Source: Fistulifera solaris (Eukaryota). From it: DNA of 64,000 bases. The notes beneath the pieces are model-generated. The model did no database searches. It saw only the letters and a program-made list of their open reading frames with translations, and was not told the DNA's origin. Location of the stretch: contig AP026126.1 of assembly GCA_030295235.1 (NCBI GenBank), positions 1,178,001 to 1,242,000 on the forward strand, in the 5' to 3' direction. Shown here piece after piece: positions 1-12,452 of the stretch (the stretch's first letter is position 1; every line of letters begins with the position of its first letter). Position numbers and translations under genes: made by a program.

Positions 1-1458
1 AACGACGAATAATGAACAACATCAGACAACAATATTAACAGGAACAAAAGTTTTCTACATCGAGCCGTAGTAGACAAACCATTTTGATCGTCAAACTCTC
101 GTAGCGAGCTGGGTGTGTTTGTCATCACTTGTTCATGAACATTAGTCACCAGAGAATTAGGGGTCAGTTAAAAGAGACTCACCATTGGTAATGAGGTTCC
201 ATAGTCGTCTTGTTATTTCAGCTTCCATCTGATAAGATGAACGAGTATCGTTAGAGTATGTCACGTCAACAACAACAAATATTCTTTCTTTTTCGTGTTC
301 GATCAAGCATGAAGCTTTACTTGAATGTTTCTCGTTCACATGCAGTCAGCCTGGGGCGGCATCCATCCAAGGAGGTTCATCATTTCGACAGTCGAGGAGC
401 ATTTCGTTGCCTCGTATAACTCACCTAATGAACGCGGAAGTGAAATAATGTAAAGGAAGGAGTGTCTGGTGAAGAAAAAGAGTGTGACTGTGAGTCAATC
501 GGTAAAAATGAATTCGTATGTGCTTTGTGGGTGTTGTTTTTGTCGAGCGAGTCAGTGTAACTATGACATAAAAAACAATCACTGCGTCGATGCGCTTCTG
601 AAAAAGCGTAAAGCATGTCGTCATTCTCACTCTAGGCAACCACTATACATCGATCCGTTCTGATGAGACTGATTCATCAATCACGTTTTGAAAACGTATC
701 ATGAAGGGGAATCCGAAAATCTCTACTTCGTCCTTTCGATGATTACTGTGTAAACCTCCATATCAATTGTTACGAGTAATCTGGCGCGTACCTGGAAAAA
801 TTACGGGCGAAACTAATTATCAGACTGTCGTGATTAAAAATGACGAAAGATTTTATTGGTTTTGCATAGAATCAGAAGTTTATTTGATATTAAAGACGCT
901 CAGAAAACGTCACGAATGTTGATGTTTTCCTCATTTCACGTAACAACAGTAATTTGTCATATTCTGCTTACCTGTTTCTCAACTAACAGCATAGTGAGAA
1001 TTAATCGACCATCAGTAGCCGCGCGTAAGCTGACTCTTGAGTGATCAAAAGAGCAGCTTCATGATGCTTTGTGAAGAAGGATCTTGATCATGGTCGAAAC
1101 GAATGCTGCGAAAAAATAATTTATTGAATGGTGGTGGAAGTCTGCCTATTTGGATCTATCGTCTAACCGTACATCCGTCGGAATGGAAACAGCTGAGTCA
1201 TGACTGAAATGCAGTCGTGGAATAGAACTGACGACACTTTGGGGGTATAGTTCATGTTGAAGACACAATTACTGGATGTAATGATTCCGGATTCCCTTCA
1301 TGTTGAAGTTCCTTATTCCAGCACAAACGTTTTCGAGATCGCTTTTGCGCCATGCAGAAAAGACGTGAAAAACAAAAAAGGCTGCCAACCTCGTCAGTTG
1401 CTTCTCTTCTATTCGTTAAAGCTGCAATCTTCGTTCATTTCACTTCAATATTGAACAG

Positions 1459-2297
1459 ATGAAACTATCAAGAGCTAATCTTTTGACTTGCGCCTTGCTG
1501 GCGAGCTCCAGTCTAGTGAGTGCGTTCACAACGCCTTCTTTGGTGGCTCGACCAACCGGTGTCGTATGCCGATCCATGACAGCAACGGCTGAAGCGACAC
1601 CTGCTGCGGAAGAAGCTTCTTCTTCCGAAGATGCCGACATTCAAATCCCTACCAACCTACCTTCTGCTTGTGGAATGGACTACGTTCCGCTAGCAACCAT
1701 GTTGGCGACCGGTGATTTGGTGGCTGCCGATCAGGTAAGATTACTTTTTTTTTCTTTCGGCGACACGACGTTCTACTCTGTGTCTTGTTCCCGGGATCCT
1801 CTACTTTATCAATCATAGGATCGATACAGTTGATAGAAATTAAGATGACTCTGCGTCTTCCAGATTCTCAACATTTCTTCTCTTGTTTCACAGTTCACTC
1901 GCGATGCTTTGATCGAAATTTCGGGCGCCAAAGCGAAAGGCCGCAATTTTGTTTACTTTACGGACGTCAAAAATATCCCCAGTATAGATCTAGCTACCAT
2001 GGAGCGGCTGTGGAATAAATTTTCCAAAGGAAAGTTCGGATATTCAGTACAGAAAAGAAGTGGAATCAATCCAAGGGAGACTTTGAGGTCTTTTGCCGAA
2101 AGATTGGCTGGACCACCACAGATGGGGAAGTAGAACGCAAAAAACGCTGGTTTGGGGCGTCGGAATTCATCTATGATGTCAAAAAGGCACCTGAAGGACA
2201 TTTGCCTCTCACCAGTGCCTTGCGAGGAACTTCATTGATCAAAAGTCTTCTAAAGCACCCTGTATGGGACAACGAGGACTGGAAGAAAGAGCCATAA
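1459..2297 (+). CDS. GUN4: GUN4 porphyrin-binding activator of Mg-chelatase, plastid-targeted; 2 exons (intron 1735-1893)
   Basis: Signal peptide ending VSA|F. Contains DY.PLATMLA.GD..AADQ|FTRDALI, LWNKFSKGKFGYSVQK and the GUN4 hallmark P.GHLPLTSALRG. One indel in an A-run near 2053; stop TAA 2295-2297. Confidence 0.9.
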
Positions 2298-2379
2298 ACA
2301 AACGACAAAATAACAATAAAACAAAAACAATCATTGATACTGACAACAACTACAGTTGCTATTTTAATCATTTACCGTT

Positions 2380-4429
2380 TTACTTGTTGTCACGCGACAT
2401 GGCTGCATCAAATTGGTCCGCCAGAGATTGGGCCGAACGCAGCCAGAAGTAAACCACCGCCGCCAAGACTACGGCAAGCACAGGAGTAGATGCTTCCAAG
2501 CTACCAAGGCCAAAAATCAATATCTGTTGGAGCAATGCTCCTCCACCTTTTCCCAGCGGCATACCAGCCACGTCAATGGCCGCTTTTCCTTTTGTTTTCG
2601 AATCCTTGTCTAACGGAATGTAGGCCATTTCTTTGCAAGGGTCAAAGAGAGAATACTTGGACGCTTTGCAGGCAATATTCTGAACAGCTCCTAACAAAAC
2701 AGCTAACATGAGCGGTGTGGTTCCCAAGGCCGCGGTAATTGGCGCCAGGGCGTCACGGAAAATGCTAAGTCCAAAGAAGCCGAGACCCGTGGCGCCAAGG
2801 ACCTTTCAGGAAGCGTCGCACAGATCAAAGCACATGGATCAGTCCAACACTTCGTACAATATTAATAAAATATCACAAGGCTTTGAATCAATCTTACCGT
2901 TGGAGTTATCATTGCCGCCGTACGCCATCCGAACTTTTGAAAAATCACTCGGCCCACCAACATCATCACCAACGTCACAACGCCAGTTGCCGACGAAAAA
3001 TTTCCCATAAAAGACGAGTACGAGTTGGGATCTGGGAATGCTTGCTTTAACTTTGATTTCCAACTCACTTCAACAATATTGATAGCCAAACCGTACGAGA
3101 TCACCAAAACGGCCAAGTTGCGAATATATGGACTATTCCTCAAAAAATCAAAGGATTCTCGCATTGTCATTCGCTTTCGCTCTTTCGGAGGAGGCGATGA
3201 AGCAGCCGCCTTAGCAGCGTCTTTCGTGGATTGTAATGTCGGAACGACATTGTCTTGGATGTGCTTGTAACAACCAACAATAATGCCGCCGCTGGCCAGT
3301 ACAGCACCCATCAAAAAGCGCAACGACATACCCCACGCATCCACCTCCGGTCCGAACGAAAGTCTCTGTCGGCTAACCCATTTGTTGTACTGTCCAGCGA
3401 GAATGAGGGCAACATTGGCTCCCAATCCAAACAAAGGGTCTGTAAAAAATGAATTCAAGACGACGAGATGAGTCCAACACATGTAAGTCAATAGACTAAC
3501 AAAAGCCGTTAACGTACAATACTTTTTGGCTTCATCTACAGTTGTAATCTCGTTGGCAAATCCCCAGAACAATAAAGACGCCACCACACTACCCCACATT
3601 TCTGCCAAGACATAAAACATGCTAAACGACCAATTCCGAACAATGGCCAACGGCGCCGCAAATCCGAGTGGCAGTTGACTGGCTACGGCGTCAATGAAGA
3701 CATGCGGATGCAAGATATCGCGCATGGGATATAGTACGGTAGCAAAGAGGGTGAAGAACGTCAAGAAAGGTGTCACGCACACGTAAAAGATGTTTTTGTG
3801 ATCGAACCACTCGGTGAGTTTGACGTACAGCGTTGCAAAGCCGATGGCGACAGGAAGGTTGACATATGTTTTGATGAATGGAATAACTGTATGAATGGAT
3901 TGAAAAGAGTTCGTGAGTGAGGTAATCCAAGAACTGGCACAAAATACCGACAGAAACAACATACCTTCCGCTCCGGATTTTGGGGCAGTGACGAGCTATC
4001 GAGTGACGAGACGACGAAATTGTGTGAGACTTTTGCGGAAACGAGCCAGCTGCTGAAGAAACTACGACTTCTTACCAGAACATCTTTTGTATCTCTTAAA
4101 ATGGTGTAATTGAAAATGATAAAGAAGAACATGATGGCCAACGGTAGCAATTTCTTGCGTTCTTGCGGTTCTGGAATAAGTGATTGTATTCGTCGACGCC
4201 ATTTCGACCCCGATGACTCCTCGGGAATCCGTTCGGCTGTCGCAGCAAGTTTCGAGGAGGATGCACGGTTGTTGGGGGCTTTTGTCGTTTCCTTTTGTCG
4301 CACATGGGGAAGAGCCGATCGAGAGAAAATCTTGGCCTGTCGCGATGCGTTGGCTGGAGCAAGGAATGCATTCGAAGAACACAGCAAGAGCAGCCCGCCG
4401 GCTGTTATTAAAGAGTGAATCGTTCGCAT
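2380..4429 (-). CDS. NTT: Plastid ATP/ADP nucleotide transporter (TLC/NTT family), several introns
   Basis: Bipartite presequence (SNA|FLAP). Motifs FFIIFNYTILRDTKDVL, AEMWGSVVASLLFWGFANEIT, INIVEVSWKSKLK, KASKYSLFDPCKEMAYIPLD and KGKAAIDV..LGKGGG. Confidence 0.93.
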
Positions 4430-5045
4430 TGAATTAAGCGATGGTGGAACGAAAGCGTTTCTCTATCGTTAACAATAACAACAACTCCTTGCAATGCAAT
4501 GGCGAAGGTGTTTTGAACAGGGGTGGAAGGCTTTTCCTTGGCGGATGGAACAACGCCATCACGTACCATGCGTACGAGACCCACGTACAGCACACAAATG
4601 ATGATAGATGAAAACATCACGCCAAGTCTGCGCATCATGATGGGTGCTCGACACTCACTCATGACTCACCAATCACGATTGTCAACACCACGTGGACGTC
4701 AAATTTACTCTCTTAATTCGGGATGAAAGCAAATCATCGAGGCAGTCCTATGTCCTATCTCATGTGTCAAAGACAATCCCTGTCTCTAGAGGAGTGCGTA
4801 ACTTATTCAACTAGGCGCGGACGAACACTTCCGGGACTAAAAGTAAGTTGAGTCGGGAAGTCCGCCAACCTACATTCTACAACAGAGTAACACCTATAGT
4901 GCCACGTGGATGTCGCCTACTACGTAGATATGACTCGCAATTGAAACCGTGAAACACATCTCTTTTTTATTGCCCTCAAAATGTATTGTGTCGAATGATG
5001 AGAAGAAGGCGATCTCCATTCTGAACCTCTGTTATTGGTGAAACA

Positions 5046-8000
5046 ATGAAGAACTCAATTTCTTGTCTTACATTTCTCTTTGTAGCTTGGGGCTCTCAAA
5101 TTTGCCAGTCTGCGTGGTTTCCCCGCCCGATGGCCTTGACATTGACACCCCGATGGAATGGAGACGGTGCATCGGATATTATTCTTTCGATCCGAGGAGG
5201 AGGACATGGACAAGACGACGCGGAACGATACAGTCGACAGTTGTATGCATTAGGAGCTCGAGCGCAAAGTCTCATTCGATCTTCTCTCATTTATTTAGAC
5301 GGACCGCCTTCTTCTGGTTTGCTTTACGAAACAGCCAAGAATTTGGCCCTTTCGGGTGTTCGACATATTGTCATTGTACAATCCGATGATGAAATGGATA
5401 CTCTTTATCACAATGAACAACTGGATGACTTAGGCAATGCTTACCAGCGTTCTATACGAGCAGAATTGGAAGAATTGGGCCATTCAACAAAGGAAATTCC
5501 CTCGGGAGCGGAGCTTTTACTGCAATACATTCGTCGTCTCAATCCCGGTGTGCAGGTATCGTTGGCAAATAGAAACGAGTTACAGCAACATATATCGATC
5601 CGCGATGGAGAAATCATTCGCCGCGTACTGGTCAGTGTCGATCGTCCGCCGCCGTCGAATTTGCAGCTCAATCAAATGGCTCGTGACAAGGATTGGGCTT
5701 TCGTGGCGGTCGAAACGGCGGGGGTCTTTGGACGCCTCTTTTGTGATTTTGGATCATCCTTTCAGGTCGAAGATGTGGATGGTGAAACTCCTCTGGTGAC
5801 GCCGTTGGAAAAAATTGAGGAGAATGGTGATACCTTGGTTGTGAATTGCATTTTGGGGGAAAAACACGATGTCTCGAAAGGTGATCAGATTGAATTTCAA
5901 TTACGAAACGGCAGTACTATCGAGCAACGATGTCTCGTCACCAGCGTTCAAAATCCCTTTCGGTTTTCGATTCAGTTATTAGAGAATTCGAGTCTTTCGC
6001 AACAGCCTAGTTCTTTCGAGTTTGTTGCATTGGTCAACAGTCAAGCGGCTTCGTTTCGACGAGTCAAAGTCCCACAATCCATTGAATTTCTATCCTTGGA
6101 GGAGGCTCTCAAGTCTGCTAGCTCAGATCCCTCTTTATTTGCTGCGTGTGACTTGGAAAAGAGCTTTGACGATACCAGGAAAGTAGCATCCATGGCGTGT
6201 TTTCAGGCTCTTTACGATTTTGTGAAGGAAAAAATTGCTACCCTCAATTATTGGATATAAATGAATTCTGGGATATGTCTGTAGCGGCATACCCATCACT
6301 GGCAACAGTTGATCCAGAGGAAGCTAAATCCCATCTCAAATCTTTTCTGCGGGGCTGCGGGGCGAAACTCACGCCATTTTTGGCATTTTTTGGAGCGGTT
6401 GCTGCGCAAGAAGCCTTGAAAGCATCTACAAGTCTTTATTTCCCAGTAAAGCAATTTCTGCTGTATGATTGTGACGAAGTGCTACCGAAACTGGATCAAG
6501 CTGAGACCCGCAAAGGGGCATCGTGTTTGGTACCCGGGCTTCGGTGTATACTTGGCGATGATATCGTCGACACTTTACAGTCCAAGCAATTATTCATAGT
6601 TGGCGCTGGAGCCATAGGCTGTGAGCTACTTAAGAATTTGGCTTCAATGGGTGTTGGTACCAAGGGTCACGGAAAAGTGTACTTGACGGACATGGATACA
6701 ATTGAAAAATCGAATCTTAGTCGACAACTTCTATTTAGAGACAATGATATCGGCGATTTCAAAAGCGCTGCCGCACAAAAAAGCAGCTTGTCGCTTCTTT
6801 CGTGATATCAGGATTGAATCTCATACTAGCCGGGTAGGCTCGGGGGAAAGAACTCCGTTTGACGAGGCATTCTGGTCAAATCGGGTCGACGTTGTCCTGA
6901 ACGCGCTTGACAATGTCGAAGCAAGAATGTTCATGGATGAACAATGTGTTAAATACAGTAAGGCATTGGTTGATGCTGGGACGATGGGCTCTAAAGGAAA
7001 CGTACAGGTCGTGGTTCCGGATCAAAGTGAATCTTATGCGTCCAGTGTGGACCCTCCGGAACCCTCGATCGCTGTTTGCACGCTGAAAAATTTCCCATAC
7101 GCTATTGCGCATACTATTCAATGGGCACGAGACTTATTTGACGGACTTTTTCAACGACGGTGTGATCGCTCTAATCAACTCCTTGAAAAGACTAAAGGCA
7201 CGTCAATTGATGACATAGTTATTAAGTTGCTTAGTGACAGCAGTGAGGAAGCAGCCCAAGAGATTGCTGTCGAAGTGAAGGAAGACCTTTGGCACTCTCT
7301 ATCGATGCGGATAAAGACCTAAAAAGTCTTGTTTTAAATTGGGCGGCAACGATGGCTGTTCAATTCTTCTTGGTCGCCCCAAGGAATTTGATCAAAGAGC
7401 ATCCTTTGGGAAGTCGCGATGAAGACGGTGAAGCATTTTGGACTGGAACTAGGCGACCTCCGCGAGAGTTGTCATTCTGTCCAGAAGAAAATGGAGTTGA
7501 CCAAAACGTCATCAACGCCAATCTTGTTGACTTTGTCCGAGAGGCAGCACGACTTCGATTCGAGACAATAACGGGCAAAGCATCAGCAGGGTTAGATTCA
7601 ATGTTTACCTCAGAAGATGCTTCATCGATTTTGAGCGTCTATTACGAGCAATACCGCAGTGCAGCTGATGATATCGTCGAGTCAGAGACATCCGCAGAAG
7701 AAAGCTTGAGAGCAACTCTGGATGATGCAAGGTCACTTCTCTCTGACAAAAAGATGTCGACCATCGATTTCCAAAAGGACGATGAAACCAACGGCCATGT
7801 CGCATTCGTTAATGCAGCCAGCAATCTTCGCGCAATTTGTTACGGAATACCGCCTGTAGATCAAATGGAGACTCGTCGAGTTGCAGGCAACATAGTTCCC
7901 GCTATGATAACTACCACGGCGTTGGTGTCGGGCCTCTCGTGTATCGAGCTACTCAAACTGTCGCAGAATTTACCACTTCGAAGCTATCGAAACGCTTTTA

Positions 8001-8482
8001 TCAATCTAGCTCTACCTTTCTTCGCATTCACGATTCCTCTTCCAGCTGCGACTGTTTCGATCTTCAATGGGCGTTCGTACACAATATGGAACCGATTGAC
8101 GATAAGGGAAAGTAAAGTGGCTGCAGCAAAGGGAGGTATTACGATGAGGTCCATGATGCAAAAACTAAACGAGATGATATCCGGCGACAGCGAGAAAATA
8201 GATATTTCTTCCGTATCGCTGGGACCTTATCTCCTTTATGCCAGTTTCTTGAATGAAGACGACGACGAAATATTAGACAAACCTTTGTGGGAGGTAATCA
8301 AGAATGCGCTTGATGAGAGCCATTATTTTGAAAATGAAAATTCTCGTGGAGAGGACACTTCCGATCCTGGTGGTTTGCTTGTAGAAAACGGCACCGTCGA
8401 GATTGCCGTGACTGTTCTAGATGGAGATGGACAGGAAATCGAGCTGCCCGCAGTACAAGTTGTCCGCCATTCTAGCGAGTAG
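5046..8482 (+). CDS. UBA1: Ubiquitin-activating enzyme E1 with N-terminal signal peptide (probable symbiont-derived SELMA E1); apparent frameshifts near 6230, 6780 and 7290
   Basis: RYSRQLY.LG, ETAKNLALSGV, GAGAIGCELLKN, DMDTIEKSNLSRQLLF, NALDNVEAR, catalytic CTLKNFP and AGNIVPAMITTT. Hydrophobic N-terminus. Confidence 0.9.
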
Positions 8483-9235
8483 CTAGACCCTCTTCACATT
8501 AATTTTAACATGATGCCAGAAGTGCAAAGGAGAAGTAAAATCATCAGCAAACTTCGTCGATGAAATGTCACGACAATATCTTCCAATCTGTCGCTTTTAC
8601 CTACCATGTTCTGTGTCTGGATTGCAGTTCAACAGACCACTGGGCGAGGGTACGAATCAGGCTTCTAAGACAGACTAGAGATCATTGGGAAAAAACAACC
8701 GCGTCCGCAATACGGTAATATCCATGACTAAAAGCTTCGGGCTTCTTCAAGGATGTCTAAAAATGGATTGGACGTCGCGAAGACAGCAACATCATGCGGT
8801 CCGGCTCAAGAGCTATACTGTCTTCATGGGCGGTTGCCTTTTAACATAAGAATATAGAATGAAGAAGAATGCACATGACACCGCAATAATTCGAGCAACA
8901 TATGCAAAGCGTTTGGAATTTTGATACAATCCATTGTTGAACAGGTTGGTCGAGTAGTGAAAGAAGAGATAGAATAGGCGGATGACGCTGCGAATATAGC
9001 TTTCGTTGCAGCTGTTGTTGTGGGTGTAATGGTTTTTGTCGAACCATTCTTTACTATCGCGACTAACGGATGATTTACTGGCAGACTACGGTAAGCAGGA
9101 TTTGAAATGGAAGCTCATATTCTATTCCTTCGGATATCAACGAAGTACAAAGCGGATGGGGCCGCGATTTTGGGTACTGCTCTTGGCCATCTCATGTGGC
9201 AAGACGGTGTTGTCGTCAAGCGTGAGTTACTGTGG

Positions 9236-9964
9236 AATATGGATACATGGCGAATGAATTGGCGAATCGCATCGCCGACGCCGTATGGACGCCATGATTG
9301 ATGGGGATTATAGGATACGCTTTTTCATTGAAAATGCAATTACTGGTAGCGAGTGAACTGGGAAAGCACCGCAACGTTGTAATCTGTGAGTTGGCAGCAC
9401 CAGCATCGAGGAAACGTTTTCGGGCTAATAAGTCGATCGATTCCGAGAACCCTGTTTGGTTGAGTTTATGGACGCATCACGAGATGGAATTGTTGGACGA
9501 ATAAATGAATTACCTCCCGTCGCCCTTATCGCTTGTCGCCCTACATCCATCACGGAAATCGAAACATGGCGAGTGACTTCGTGGATCATGTCGCCGACAC
9601 CGTGATTGACGATATGAAAAAAGGGGTTACGGATACGCTCTGCCACTGAAAATGCATTTACTGGTAGTGAGCGAGCAGGGAAAGCGTTGCTCTCTGTGAG
9701 TTGGCAGCCCCAGCAGCATTGAGGAAACGTTTTCGGTCATGTTCAGTAGACACATTTCATCGTGATTGATTCAACCAACAGCTAGAAAAGAGCAATAAGA
9801 AGGATTGAAGACTAAATGAGCTGTTGCATTGCGATCGTTTATTGGTGGCAGCTTCATAACGTCTTGCTCATGAACAGTTTATGGAAGCATCACGAAACGG
9901 AATCATAGAACGATGTAATGGATGAGCGTCTCCCGTCGCCATTGCCTGCCGCGCGCATCCATCA
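9236..9964 (+). repeat. Diverged tandem duplication (~320-bp unit; copy 2 has an extra ~100 bp), probably a decayed coding relic
   Basis: TGAAAATGCA.TTACTGGTAG...GAGGAAACGTTTTCGG at ~9329-9424 and ~9647-9737. AGTTTATGGA.GCATCACGA...CTCCCGTCGCC...CATCCATCA at ~9463-9551 and ~9876-9964. Confidence 0.75.
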
Positions 9965-10009
9965 GTTGTATTTTATATATTAATTAAAACTATTTGGTTT
10001 TGAAGTGAA

Positions 10010-10610
10010 GAAAGTGTTTGCATGTAGGGGTTGTGGTATACATTTTTCATTGTGCTGGGACATATGGGGGACCCTTGCTAGTGCCCGTAACCGCTAACCT
10101 ATTTCTAGGATAACTCATAAGCACCGCAAGAGCTCCGAAGACGTTAAGCAGATGTCAACAAGCGATCACAAACGCCCATGTATCCGGTTGGGAGCGGAAA
10201 GGCGAATGTGGCTTTCATAAGCTGCTCAGCGGGTGAACCCCAAACCCCGCTCAACCGTTACCATTGCTTCACCAATCATCGGCGCACGCAGTTCTTCGGC
10301 ACGCCTCATGGATCCCACAACTCAGGTGAAGAACTTTTCCCAGCACAATGCTCCAACTGCGTGTTTTCCGGTAAGGCAGGAAGCCTCGCAAGCAGGCAAG
10401 CGAATCGTCGAGACGACACGAGGTTGCCCTTTCGCGAGACGACTCCTCCTTCCTCGGGACATACGCACCACAACCCTTCATGCGCTCCCACTAAGTATTC
10501 AACCATACGGTCCCAAGCTGTGATCGCAGGCCACAGCTTTGGCAACAACTGAATACGGGGAGGACATCAAACCTCTCTCAGTCGCCTTCGAGAGGAGATG
10601 TGAGAAGAAG
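10010..10610 (+). ncRNA. Candidate large structured non-coding RNA of unknown family
   Basis: Nested long-range stems: 10020-10036/10468-10483, 10048-10060/10338-10350 (13 bp perfect), 10358-10370/10455-10467 and 10495-10501/10550-10556. G-U pairs mostly favour the + strand; TATATATTAA at 9974-9983. Confidence 0.5.
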
Positions 10611-11171
10611 AAGAACGCAGCGAAAAAGAGGGAAACAAAAATTCAGCGATGCTACTCCTATCGTAGTAGTAAGATCAAAAATAAGTTTGTTCTCCTAAAC
10701 TCAATTTAAAATCATTTAGAAAGAGCTATCTAAGTATTTCTGTCTCGAGCAACGGTTTTTTCCAAATGTTGGGATCCCACGACCCACGAGTGAAAGTTAC
10801 GGTACCTGGTATACGCGTCTGAATATTTTCATGAACGCAACTGCGAACCCGCCCTGCTCGTATCTCACAAGCGAAATACGCGGTGAAATACCTTGTAATG
10901 GATGTTGGAGGCAAGTTGTTCGCCTCGAAGATGCTGATAGGTGAGACGACGATTTATGTTTGGTTTTCTTTGACGCGTTCATGCAGTCTCAGTCCTGTTG
11001 CTACAATCGCAAACCCTTGATGTGTAGCTTGTCTGCATGTCTGCGTCAGGTCAGCCACAACATTCGCCATTATTCTGTGCGTCCGTCTTAATTGCGATAA
11101 TTTTTTTATTGATAACTGTGAATTGTTGATCACAAGCCATCACAAACTAAATCTTATTTCTCTTTCGTAGA

Positions 11172-12437
11172 ATGACGATCGAATGCACGTGTAATTTGAG
11201 ATATGGAGTCGAAGAAGCGTCCTCGCCGTTAACGATGGAGGCTTCCTTCGTTCACTTGAATGTTCCTTTGGAAGAAGAATCCCGGGTGCGGAAGAAATCT
11301 GTTTGCTCAGAATGGACGCGACAAACAGAGAAATGGACTTGTGAAACTCCTCAATCGTGTTGCTGGGAATGTCTTTCGCGCCTGCAACAAGCTCTCGAGA
11401 AAGATACGGAACGGTTAGAGTACGAAAGTAATGCTTACGTGAATCACGCACAAGCCGCCAGATTGCGTCAAAAACAGTGGCAACAAAAAGTCGATGGCGA
11501 ATTGACGCGAGAGCAGCTGGTGGAACAAGCAAAAGAATCTTATACTAGAGAAATTGACGAGATCACCCTGGCTTGTGAGCAACTCGAGGCTGAATTCAAT
11601 GAACTAAGAATGGCTCGTCGAGAACTCGCCGCCAAGGCAAAGGAGCTCGATAAGGCAACAGAAGAAATTTTCAGAGCCCGAAACGATATTGAGCTTGCTG
11701 CCGCTAATATAGAGCAGGATCAAGCAAACTTGAACGGAGCAGTAGCTTCCGCACACGAACAAATCGATAGCCTGTCCTCGACGAGGATTCAACTCTACTC
11801 GCAGTCGTTTGACCTGCAGGTCGATCAAGAGCGCGGCCTTCGATATCCACTGATCAATGAACATCGTTTAGCATATCGTCCAAAGGGTGATGTCCATTGG
11901 GAGGAGATTCAGACGGCTTGGTCATTAGCAGCACAGCTTCTTTTAGTTGTTGCATCGACATTTCGGTTTCAATCACGACATTGGCGCATCGTCCCCCTAA
12001 CCGACTGCGCTAAATTGATATTCTATCCACCGACACAAGACCAGAAAACAGTTCCAAATCCGATTTCATATAATTTGGGACACCCGGAAACTCACAATGG
12101 CCGTGCCCTTTTGGCATGGAATGCTTTGTTACATAGCGTAGCTTCATGGATTCTTACGCGTGGCAGTCCTGAAGGGACAACCGGGACGCAACAGAAACGA
12201 GAATCCCGTCGTATTCCGTTTGAAATGACTCGTAACTCAATCGGAGACAAACTAATTTCGTCGTTGCTGGATAATGACGACAGTGGATGGTCGATAGTTA
12301 TTCATCGCATGTCATGCAACCTGCTGTGGCTGGCGCAATGCGCTAATGATCAGATTCTTGATCAGGTAATACTGAAGGCGACTATGTCGACCAGCAAGCG
12401 GACTGGTATAAATGATACAACGGATAATGTACAATAG
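11172..12437 (+). CDS. ATG6: Beclin-1/Atg6/Vps30-like protein (coiled coil + BARA domain); true start uncertain
   Basis: Long coiled coil followed by YPLINEHRLAY...VHWEEIQTAWSLAAQLL, matching the Beclin IN.FRLG...V.W.EINAAWGQ..LLL motif. C-terminal W...M..NL.W motif. Confidence 0.8.
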   Translation: MTIECTCNLRYGVEEASSPLTMEASFVHLNVPLEEESRVRKKSVCSEWTRQTEKWTCETPQSCCWECLSRLQQALEKDTERLEYESNAYVNHAQAARLRQKQWQQKVDGELTREQLVEQAKESYTREIDEITLACEQLEAEFNELRMARRELAAKAKELDKATEEIFRARNDIELAAANIEQDQANLNGAVASAHEQIDSLSSTRIQLYSQSFDLQVDQERGLRYPLINEHRLAYRPKGDVHWEEIQTAWSLAAQLLLVVASTFRFQSRHWRIVPLTDCAKLIFYPPTQDQKTVPNPISYNLGHPETHNGRALLAWNALLHSVASWILTRGSPEGTTGTQQKRESRRIPFEMTRNSIGDKLISSLLDNDDSGWSIVIHRMSCNLLWLAQCANDQILDQVILKATMSTSKRTGINDTTDNVQ

Positions 12438-12452
12438 ATTTACTTTTTGATA

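Noticed and set aside
4827..4863. ACTTCCGGGACT / AGTCGGGAAGTCC resembling the minisatellite core in the NTT-E1 promoter
   Set aside because: The matches are ~12 nt and imperfect, so they cannot be distinguished from chance.
10120..10225. 5S rRNA or 5S-derived SINE (CTCCGAAG...TTAAGCAG, GTATCCGGTTGGGAG)
   Set aside because: Only short box-A/box-C-like echoes; spacing and the terminal helix do not fit 5S.
10178..10552. Overlapping 70-124-aa ORFs
   Set aside because: No recognisable motifs; better explained by a stop-poor, GC-richer structured sequence.
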